In this document: piece after piece, positions 12,933 to 23,699 of the stretch | Numbering within the stretch: the first letter of the stretch is position 1 | Layout: every line of letters starts with the position of its first letter | Assembly (NCBI GenBank): GCA_001643675.2 | Contig: LSRY02000070.1 | Coordinates: 62,001-126,000, forward strand | Direction: 5' to 3' | Length of the DNA: 64,000 nt | Source of the DNA: Monocercomonoides exilis PA203 | Taxonomy: Eukaryota; Protista; Preaxostyla | Translations under genes and position numbers: made by a program | The notes under the pieces: generated by a model | What the model saw: only the letters and a program-made list of their open reading frames with translations | What the model was told of the DNA's origin: nothing | Database searches by the model: none

Positions 12933-13774
12933 ACAAGAAAACATTAAAAAAACTTAAACACAAACTTTACACAGAGAACAAGCACTTTTTTAGATGAAAA
13001 ATGCTGGTTTTGTTTTTATTTTTTATTTTAATTTTGTTTTATTCTTTTTTTGTTTTTAATATTTATTTTTTATTTTTTATGGAAAAAGAAGGAAATATCA
13101 AAAAAATAAATGATTTAAGCGAAAAATTGGAATGAAGCTTTATTCATTTTTCTGAATGCTTATAATTTACCACAAATGAAATTGATTCAAAATTCAGATT
13201 CAAATTCAATAAACACTCAAATTTGCAGTTCGCACTTAATGAGTTTTTTTTCAATATTCATTTTATAGGGGGGTTTGCTTTTGAATTGAAAATGTTTAAA
13301 ACAATAAAAAATAAGTTCTTTAATCGTTAACATTTCGTTTTTGTTTGCAATGTGAAAAGTACACTTTTTTCATTTTATTGAAAACAATTGTTTATTGTTG
13401 TCAAACAATGTGTTAATATAATAATGCATATGAGAATGACTGTTGCTTTAAAAAAAGATCAATTTGAAAAAAAAAAAACCATTTCAAAAATAGTGTTTCA
13501 GTTATTCTCTAGAAAACCATCAAGAAGGTGATTGCGAAAAAAAAATATAAAAAAATAATATGATCTTTCGATAAAACAAAATATTGGAAAAATAAATAAT
13601 GTGAACGAAATAAATCAAAATAAACATTTCTATTCATTTTTCATTGGATACAAGCTCGTATAAAGTTGTAGCCATTGTTGAAAAGAAAAGGTCAAGATAA
13701 ATAAACATCGCAACTACATTATCGCAAAAAGTTGAAAGAAAAGTTTCTGACACCGGGCAATATCAATAAAATAT

Positions 13775-13776
<2 letters not shown>

Positions 13777-13827
<51 letters not shown>
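13777..13827 (+). repeat. Genomic poly(A) tract (51 A)
   Basis: Seen directly; AATAAA at 13765-13770 just upstream. Confidence 0.9.
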
Positions 13828-13831
<4 letters not shown>

Positions 13832-14145
13832 TAATTGGTCAGCTCCAAAACATGTCCAAAAAGCAAAATCTGTTTAAGAGAGAGAAAAATTGAAGGATTC
13901 CTAAAATTTCGCTAATAAACAAAAAATAGAAAGATAGTTAAAATTCAAAACAAAGTTGAAATACTCGTTTGAATTAATGAGAAAAAAATACCTTAAGTAT
14001 GAAAAAAAATTCGCAAACTTGTTCTTTTTAATCCAATAATAATAACAATAATTAGAAAGAAATGTCGTTTTTTTTATTTTTTCATATCCGTATTTGTTTT
14101 TGGCTCCAATTAAAAAGAGTAAACCATGTAAATTTGCACTTTGAG

Positions 14146-17100
14146 TCATGAATGATTCTCCTTTATTTCGATCAAAATATTGATAACTTCAGATAATAAA
14201 GGCCTTTCTTTTGGTTCAGCTTCCCACATCTCCTCTATCAGATCAATCAGATCTTCTTCTTCGATTCCTTCTGTTATCGGTCGAACTCCATCCCTCATCA
14301 TCTCTTGTGCTTCTTCCGCATCGCACTGACTTAAAGGTACTTCCCCTGTTGTTGTTTCATGAAGAATCAGCCCAAGTGTGAAAACAACTGCCTTTTCAAT
14401 TCCCTCCCCCTCCTCCTCCTCTTCTTCTTCCTCATTTTCGCTGTTCAGTTCAGGTGCCTGCCATCGCTTCATTTCATCCTTTTGCTTTTTATCCTTCAAT
14501 TCCTCTGCCAAAACATATATTTCATAATTTCCTTCCGAAGCAAAGATCGTATATGGACACAGCTGCTTTGCCATTATTTCCACCCTTTCGTCTCCAACTG
14601 ATATCAAATGTTGAAAAAGTTTTGCAACTGATTTCACTACTTCCTTCCCATCAATAACACTCATCGCCCTTGTTCCAAATGTGAAATCACCTTGCAGGGA
14701 ATGAATTGTAGAATGCAATGTTTTTATATTCGTTTTTTCCTTCTCTCGAAATGGCTTCTTTGCTGATATTACTTTGAATGAATGCAACTGTAGCTCTCCA
14801 GAAAATGAATCGTTCTCAGAAAATGGCATTGGATATTCCAAATCTGGCAGATCATTTTCATTCAGTATTTCATCGTTCATTGTTGGCGTTTCAAGTTGTT
14901 CAGGTTGATTTTCTTCTTCATCAATTAACAAAGGAATTTGATTAGTCATCCCTTCAAGTAATGTTGATGGTAACTCTATCATCTCGAAGCTTTCTTCGTT
15001 GGTTTCACTTCTTCTTTCTACATTTTCCATAATCTGTTCGTTTTCTAATTTCTCTTTTTCGATCTTCTTTTCTGGCTCTCTCAGTTTCTTTCGCAAAAGC
15101 ACAACCATCAGCACAATTACAAATAACAGAATCACAACAATAACAATACACCCAAAAAATGCAAACAAACTCCATTCAATTTTATCCTCTCCTTCAAATA
15201 TTCTTTCATCTCCTTTTGGCTCAGCTTCACTTTTGTTTTTCAGAATTAAGTAATCAGTCGATGATGGATGATCGGCATTCCCAAACAGAATACATACACT
15301 CACTTCTACCTCTTCTCCTGCCTCGGTTATCGTCTCCCTTGGAAGAATCCCCTTTGCGGCTGTCTCCGACACATATCCACTTTCTTTAAAATTATGCTTT
15401 TCGATCTGCTTTTCTTCTCCCATCTGTTTCACAACCATGAACGACAGGTTGCACGGGAGAAGAAGTTTTCCTTTGAACGCAATCTCCACTTCTTCCCCTT
15501 TTTCTCTTGTTTCAACACTCTCCAACACTGGAATGAAGAATGGAAATACCCTCTCAGATGCAATCCCTTTCAAAACACATTCTTCACTTATCATCCACAA
15601 AGATGAACCGGGAAGAATTCCATCTCCTCCTTTTAAGCTTATCACATTTAATTCCGCCAAATCCGTGCAAATCACATTTCTTCGAACAGATCCGTAACCG
15701 TCTATCGCTGGATTGTTGTTTGAGAAATTTCCAGCACTTATTTTTGCACTTCCTCCGCTTATTGACAATCCTCCGTTAATTCCGTTTTTCAACGTTGTAT
15801 CAGTCATTTCTGCTCTACTCATTTTCAAATCAACCATTGATCCATTCCATTTACATATCCTATTTCTGATATTCTCGTTTTTATCTGCTTTTCCCCCTTC
15901 ATCTTCATTCACTCCACTAAATTCACAAGAAATAACATTCAGATTCAAACAATTGATCGCACTCATTATAAATCCTATCTCTTTTTTTGATGAGCAATTA
16001 TTAAATGAACAATTAAAAATAGATATTTGCTTTTCGCATTCGCTTACTTCAGCAATACTTCTTTCTTTTGAAATTGAAATGTTCCTCATCTGAATATCTT
16101 TCATTTCAATATTCGCTTTGTACATAACAATTGCAACATCTGATTCCGATTCTATTTTTTCCAAGTTTGTTTCTGAAATAATTCCTTTTGATTTTTCGAA
16201 TAAGTGCAGAATTACCTGCGAGGTTTTCAACATCATAACTGAGCAATTGTTCATTTTAAGTTCCCCAGATTCAACCAAAATTAACGTACAGTTCAACAAA
16301 ACTGTTGCATCAGAACACTCAAATGAGCATTCACTTATTGCTAACAGTCCATACTTTTCTGTCACAAAACATTCACCCCCGAACTCAAACAATGATCCAA
16401 AACAAAATCTGCATCTTTCAACAGCACATTCATTCACAAACGTAATAATGCTTCTTTCACTTCTTGCTTCAATCCCCGCATTAATATGAATTATGACTTT
16501 ATTCAACTTTCGCGGTACCAATCTGGAATCTTCAATCACGCATTCTTCCCTCATCTCACCTTCTTCGTCAACAAGCACTGTGCTCAGCTCACCCTTTTGA
16601 ATATGAAGCGCTGCATGGCTTATACTTTTACATGGAATATACAGTGAACCACATTGTCTTATATCGCTCCCATTTATTCTTACAAATATCTGAGTTGCAT
16701 AATAAAATGAGATTATTGGTATAAGATCAATATCTTCTTTTTTCACCATGTCACTTGCACATATTGAGTTGTTTGTTAACAGCGAATCTTGCCCAAAATC
16801 CAACAAAAATTGAGTTTCCTTAATCTGTTTTTCAATTGAATTACATTTAACGAAGATGTCCCTTCCCACAAAGGCATCATTCAAAGAAAATTTGATGTTT
16901 TTCATCATAAACCCAAGCGATTCCACAATATCGATCATTTCATCAGTAGGCATACACGCATCTATCATGATTGCCCCTCCCCTTCCATTTGCAGCAGAAC
17001 ATTCGCACATCACAAATACGCATCCACTAACTTTCACGAAATTGTCTTTACCCTTTATGCAAATTTTCATCCCTCCTCCTTCTTCACTTTTTGTACTTTG

Positions 17101-20100
17101 ACATTGAACCATTAAGCAATCTTCAATTTCGCAATCCGAGCAAACGCTTGAAGAGTCAACACTCAATAAAGTTTCTCCTTTATCGATACGAGATATGTTT
17201 GTAAATGATGAACCATTCACAATAATTGCATTTGTGGATTCTGATGCACCTAATAATTCTGTATCCACTCCTTGTTTCAAAGAATTCTTTGATAATGTAA
17301 TAATACTGCTTGCAGATACCTCGCAATCCGAGATTCTAAAACCTTCCAAGTCCAAACATTGAACGCTAGAAGAGAATTTCATAAATGGTTTAGAAAAAAC
17401 AAACTTTTCAATTGAACAATCACATAACATGACACTACCATCAATTACATCAATTATGCAATATTTCGTTTCATCAAGAGGATTTGATGATATAAAAATA
17501 CAGTTAAAAAGCGATAATTTAGCTGCTGATGAAAAAGACTGAATAAAAGATGAGTGATGAAAAAAACTGTCCGGAATAGTAAATGATATATTACCGAATG
17601 AAAGAATCACGTTTGATGATATCATTGAGTCATTTAAATCATTTTCATCATCATCACTGATTATCACTTTCGTGCCTTTCTCTTTTCCTTCAATCGACAC
17701 AACAGGAGTGTTGTATGAAGATGATAAGAATGATTCGGAATAACAAAGTGATACAGGGTCAGTAATCATTATGAGTGCTTTATTTTCACTAAGTGTCGCA
17801 AATCGAAGAGATATCAAATAATTTATTGAAGAACATGGAATTTCAGAGTATCCACACCCACTGAAATCTCTTCCATTTTCTTTCGAAACAAATCCATTTC
17901 CACTCCAATTAGACCACAAATACACAACCAGTGGAATCACATATCCCTTCTCTCCTGTCGTCTTCCTCTCCCATCCACACAACTCATCCAACGATCCTAA
18001 CTCCTCTGAACTCATCTCCCATTTAAAATGCTCCTTGTTCACAATCTCACTCAAATCCCATCCCGAAACAAACATATTCTTCCCTTTCCAAGCATTGCAT
18101 CCTTCAAATATCATTCCTTCAAGCACAAACGATCCTATTTGATCAGACAGTTCAACAAATATCCCTCCTCCAATTCTTTTCTCTTCTTCTTCGCTTCTGC
18201 CTTGTTGAACTTTACATTCAGTAAACGTTACCATCTCCATCTTGATTCCTCCTTGTAATTCAACAAGCAGAAATAATCCTCCACCATCTCCTTTTAAAGA
18301 CTCGCACCCTTCTATAGTTGCATTACAAACCACAAACGTCTCTCCTTTCTTCACATTCTTCTCAACAACCACCCCATCTCCTGTTGTCCGATTCACATTT
18401 CTAATTGTTATATTTGACAGAACTTTGTCTCCTGATACTGATTCCGCTGATAACGGCTCAGAAAAAATAGGCTCAGTTAGTATCATATTCTTTATCACAA
18501 CAGCACTCAATCTCAGCTGTGAAAAAGGTATTATTAACACTGATGCTGAAATTACATTCCTTCCTGCTGAAGCTGGAGAAGAGATCAGCACATCCTCCAG
18601 AGAAAGTGATCCGCTCCCCAGCGACATCACAAACACACTCGGAGATGGACTTCTCATTACGTTGTGATCGATCCCCAAATGTTGCACATCCAGTTGTCCG
18701 CTCGTTACACTGAACAGCGTTGTTGAAGATGGAGACAACGATCTCGTCCAAATTACACTAACTTCACTTCCTTTCCCCACAATAATGATCTTCTTTTCAC
18801 TAACGCTGATTGTTGCCCCTTCGCTCCCATGCCTCCCACCAAGTACCGTGATTTTAGAGATAAGCTTATCCGTGCATGCATCAACAGCATGCCCAACTGT
18901 CAAACATGGAATAAATTTGCTCGCCCCGCACATCTCGTTTGAGTCATTACCATTCACACCTACAGTTCGATCCTTCATCCCTTCATTTAACCATTCCTTT
19001 TTTTCTGTATGCTGATGTACCAAACCATTCGAATAATATGCATAGCACAATCTCTTATCGTTGTTATTTGTTGTAAACGATTCATAGAGTAAATTACCTG
19101 TCGAAAAGTGGTTGTATTGATCTAAAAAATATAAGTCATGACCATATGGAGTGGAATTACTACATTTGCATTCATGGAAAAAAATAAAATAACAATAATG
19201 ATTGTTAATTGGAGCTGTCTGCTGCCAAGGTCTGAAATTTACACCTCCACCAACTGACACTGCCGAACAATAAAAAAACTGAATGCTCCTCATTTCGAAA
19301 ACAGAATGGACATATTGACAATGCATACCGCCACCACACGTTCCAGAAAGCTTGCAGGAAGTAATATAGCAATCGAACAAGCATGCTTCTCCTCCTTCAC
19401 CCTTTTCTGCTTCAATGCATCCTGACTCCAAATCATTTATATATTCAATGCAAAGTCCTCCTCCGTAATTTTTTGCACTACATTTTTGGATTTCGCAGCC
19501 ACTTATCCGAAAACATGAGGCAATATTATTAGCATACGTGCACCCACCACCATTATTTTGAGCAGTACATGCATTGAATGAGTTGTTCTCAATATTTAAT
19601 GAATCAACTAAACGACACATTATTCCTCCTCCAGCATAATAAGCAGAGCAGTCGATGAAAGAGCAATGAGAAACCGTCAGCGATCCCGACGGAAGATTGC
19701 ACAGGAAAATAGCTCCTCCATTAGAAGCTCCATCTGAAACCGAATTATTTGTTCCAGTAGTCTTCGATTCATGCCATTCGCACCAAATAAATATATTCTG
19801 TCCATTTTCTGTTTCGTTTTGTCTTTCTGGTGTCAACTTATTCTCTTCAGTTCCGATGAATTCAGCGTTTCTTGTCCGACAACACTCAATAAACGAGGTG
19901 TTCGATGCAGTTAAGGAAGCTAAGGGGTTGTTGAGAGAGGGAACGATTCCTCCATCATACACATCACAAACTGATGAGAATGAGCAGCAACTCATAAAAC
20001 ATGCAGTTTCATAATAAAAACTAGTTAAAGATGAAGATGCTTGAAGGGAATGATACGATGAAATGTTAGCAAATGATGAAAGTTGTAACCTAATATGAAC

Positions 20101-20826
20101 GCTGCTTTTGCACCCAACAAACGGGCTCGATGCAACAACGAATGAACAAAATTTGCAACATCTTACAGAAATGGAAACTTGAAATGATTCGTGAAATGAA
20201 TAATGTTGTGAATTGAAAATAGATTTTTGATGAAAATTTTGAAGTTGAGTTTTGTTTGTTTCAACAAGAGCACCGACACATCCATTCGATGAAATTGGAT
20301 TTACGCTGAGGTTCAAAAGAGAAATATAGATTCCGTTAATAGAAGTTGAAGGCAGCGATGAAATTCCTATCAAAGTGTTTGAAGAGTACAACCGGCTCGA
20401 TCGGATTGCCAAAAATGACGATCCATTCACTTTGCAAACATACCTTTCATAAATTGGCTCCAAGTTCAGCCATCGCAATTCTAGACTCGAATTCCGCACA
20501 GAAATCGACGTTTGTATGCTGCTGCCAACAGAGTTGTATTTTGGCATACATTTGGTTTCATAAATCCTAATTTTATTTAAAATTTTAAGAATTTTAAAAT
20601 GAGAAATCATCAGTTCAAAGTCAAAATACAACAAATATCACTTAAAAGCAAACTTTTCACATTCATGTAGGAAGGTGCTTTTCGCAGTTTCATCGCCACT
20701 ATTATTGAAAATTGATTCACAAAAATTTTTATGTTTTCCAACAAGTACTTTTTGGCTGTCATAATAAATTGCGTCATTGCAATATACATAATAACTTGCT
20801 AGTAGAACCACATAATTAATGATCAT
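14146..20826 (-). CDS. Receptor-like type-I membrane protein (~2,201 aa): signal peptide, pectin-lyase-like beta-helix modules, TM helix, pseudokinase C-lobe; join(20826..20642,20566..14146)
   Basis: ORFs 20638..20826 and 14146..20634 are in the same frame; a 75-nt GT-AG intron removes the TGA between them. GGAI/GGGI with C-x-F repeats; three G-x-D..CG....PC motifs; TM WSLFAFFGCIVIVVILLFVIVLMVVLL-RKK; RWQAPE, VFTLGLILHE, EPKERP present without HRD or DFG. Confidence 0.85.
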
Positions 20827-21780
20827 TGAGTGAGCATAAACCGAATAAATTACAGAAAAGAAAAAATGATCTGAAATAATAAATTATAAAATGGATCATC
20901 GTTTGATCAGAAATTTTCCATAATTTAAGCCCTTAATGTGGAGATTTGGGATGAAATTTTACGCTTTATGAATTTTGTTCCATTCTGCACATTTAATTAA
21001 TTTCTCAATTTTGAAATATTTCCGATGTGTTTTTGACATGAGAATGAAAGATTTCTCATGATAAGGTTGTGGAAAAAGTTCGGAACAAATCTTTGATTTT
21101 TTCATAAATGCAAGAATTTTGCACCATAATTTCATTTCATAAAAAAAGAATAATTCTTTTGTGATGAACATATTCTTAAAAATTATTATAGAAAAATTTT
21201 GTTGCGGAACAATCGAAAATCCTTTTTTTTTTTTGTTCAATTCTTTCTTCGCAAATATGTGTTAATAATAAAAACATGAATACTTTGATTTGACAGTAAG
21301 CCAGTTTACTTAGAAATACTCAAAATGGAAATATCTTTTTTTTTTTTTTTTTTTTTTTTTTTTGTAAATTTTAAAAACAACCAATTCCAACTAACCATAC
21401 ATAACACAAGAAATAGTGGACTTGTATTTAATAGCATAACCTTTTATCGGTTAATCGTTTCCTTCTTTATGAAAGAAGACACTTTTTTCTCTATATTTAA
21501 ACAATTTTTTTTGAAACACTTTATCTATTAACAAGAAAATATTCAAACTTTTTCTTGCATATTGCACTTAAAAAATGAAATGAAAGTGAATTTCTTTGTA
21601 GAAAATATTCGCATTTAAGGAATTTTCTCAAATATGTTTTAAATAATTTTTACATCTTATCAGAAATCTGAATTCGGTTTTGCCATTTGAAAAAGAAAAT
21701 TTAAAGTTTTTCAAAAATTTTCAACTTGGTTTTGAATAACAAATTGCAGAACAAAACAGAACAGTGCAAAAATCAAAAAT

Positions 21781-21958
21781 CAAAAAAGAAAAAAGAAAAA
21801 GAAAAAAGAAAAAGAAAAAAAAGAAAAAAGAAAAAGAAAAAAAAGAAGAAAGAAAAGAAAAGAAAGAAGAAAGAAGAAAGAAGAAAGAAGAAAAAAGAGA
21901 GAAAAAAGAAAAAAGAAATAAGAAAAAGAAAAAGAAAAAGAAAAAGAAAGAAAAAAGA
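21781..21958 (+). repeat. A/G-rich (AAAAAG/AAAG)n simple repeat downstream of helical paralog 1
   Basis: Seen directly; it produces the spurious poly-Lys/poly-Phe ORFs in the track. Confidence 0.85.
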
Positions 21959-21999
21959 ATTGATTTTCTGTGCAACTTTATTCACAGCACTCCATTTTC

Positions 22000-23461
22000 T
22001 CAAATATAAACAGAATAATCCGAGATATTCAACGATAATTCGTCTCCATAAAAATATTTTCTTTTTAGTGTATTCAATCTTTCATGAAGGCTGATGATTA
22101 TCTCTTCGTATCCTTCTTCTTCCATCTTTTCAAACATTTTCCTTTTTAACTCTTTTCTTTTCGCTTCTTCCATTTCATCTTCCTCCTTTTCTTTCAACCG
22201 CAATGAAATCAATTGAAAAAATCTCAAGATTTCAGATGCCATTCTTTCATTCGATGTTGGCCGCTGAATCTCCTCCAAAGCAGCATCAATGGCACCACTT
22301 TTCAGCAAGGCATCAAGTTTCACTGCTCTATTTTTTGCAACTGCATTAAATGATCGAATGCATTCCTCACCTATTTCACTGTGATTATCTCTTGATGCTC
22401 GAAGCACATCAACAATGCGGCTGATAAGCTCAACATATTCTTCATTCCACAAATGACATGATTTTAAGTAATAACGAATTGAGCTGATCCATCTCGAAAT
22501 AATATCCATTGCTTTCCTTTCTGTTTTCTCCTTCTCTTCTTCTTTCTTCTTCCAATCCACGCTTTGCATCAGTCCATCCAGTTCGCTTTCTACCTCTCTC
22601 GCAAAATGCAGCTCATTCGTAATAACTTCTTCCAGGCTTTTGTCAAACACAAATCTTTTTATCAAAAACCCCCAAGCTGACTGATAGGCAAGGTGTGTCA
22701 AATTGTGATGCTCCTGATGATATTCAATGATCTCCTTGATCTCATTCAGATACAATTCTTCATCGATTATCTAATAAAAAAGAGGAAATAAAAAATCATC
22801 AGAAATGAAATAGAAATGCTCATACAATATATCCAACATTGGTCAATGCGAGCAAAATCATCTCCACTTCTTTTTGAGCTTCCTCGTTTTCATCTTCTTT
22901 CTTCAACGCAGCTTCCAGCAGATATGGCACGCAAACAGATATCAATTGTGATGAATCCCCAATGTTCAACAAAACATAGCATTCACAAAGTTCAGCAAGT
23001 AGCTTTTCATTTCTTTTCTCTTTTTTCTTCTCTTCATCGTCAATCATCTCCCAAAATCTTCCGTTTAATGAAGAAAAGAAAAAGTCCTCAATGTATATGC
23101 TTTTCAAAATGTTGCAATAACCCATGTGCTTCAACAACAAGATTGCATTTTCCATCGTCAGTTTCTCTTCTTCAATCATTTTATCGATTTTCTCGAACAG
23201 TTCTTTTGTGAATGTTGAATAAAGTTCCTCTTTATTCATTTCATCAATCAATCTGTTCATTTCTTCAATTTTCTCTTTTTGTTCCGAAACGCTGCAGCTT
23301 TTCAATTCCTCAAACAGCTCTAAAGAAACAAATTTCCCCCAAATGATAAAAGCCAGTGAGCCTTTGAAAAAACCGTGAAAAATGAACAAACTTGAAAACT
23401 TTTCCTTTGGGGCCATCTCTCGATTTCTGTCTTCGGTTCTACCAGCAACGAATTCTTTCAT
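22000..23461 (-). CDS. Helical orphan family paralog 1 (~444 aa); join(23461..23392,23319..22826,22770..22000)
   Basis: Shares ELF.ELE, LLLKHMGYC, LCECY, QKEVEM, YHQEHHNLT.LAYQSAW and KMEEEGYE motifs and both intron positions with three other copies. No signal peptide or TM after splicing; amphipathic-helix pattern suggests an ARM/HEAT-like solenoid (inference). Confidence 0.85.
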
Positions 23462-23699
23462 TCTGTTTATTTAAAGTGCATTCCATTCGCAACGAATATA
23501 CCCAATAATTAAGCAAAATCAAATAAATATCAAACATCGTTCACGATCCAACAAATCGAGAAGGTTATTGTATCTATCCAAATTGTTTTGCTTTATAAAA
23601 AAAGATTTGGAAACGATTTCTATGAAAGCAGCCTGATATGGCTGAGCGAGGCAAGAAATGGCAGTTTTTTGTTTCTTGCTGATCAAACCAACAAATATT

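Noticed and set aside
20638-20640. In-frame TGA suggesting readthrough, selenocysteine or a variant code
   Set aside because: It lies inside a canonical 75-nt GT-AG intron, and TGA is the normal stop for the complete genes here.
21721-22009. Poly-Lys and poly-Phe ORFs (also 58319-58579)
   Set aside because: A-rich microsatellites in 3' flanks.
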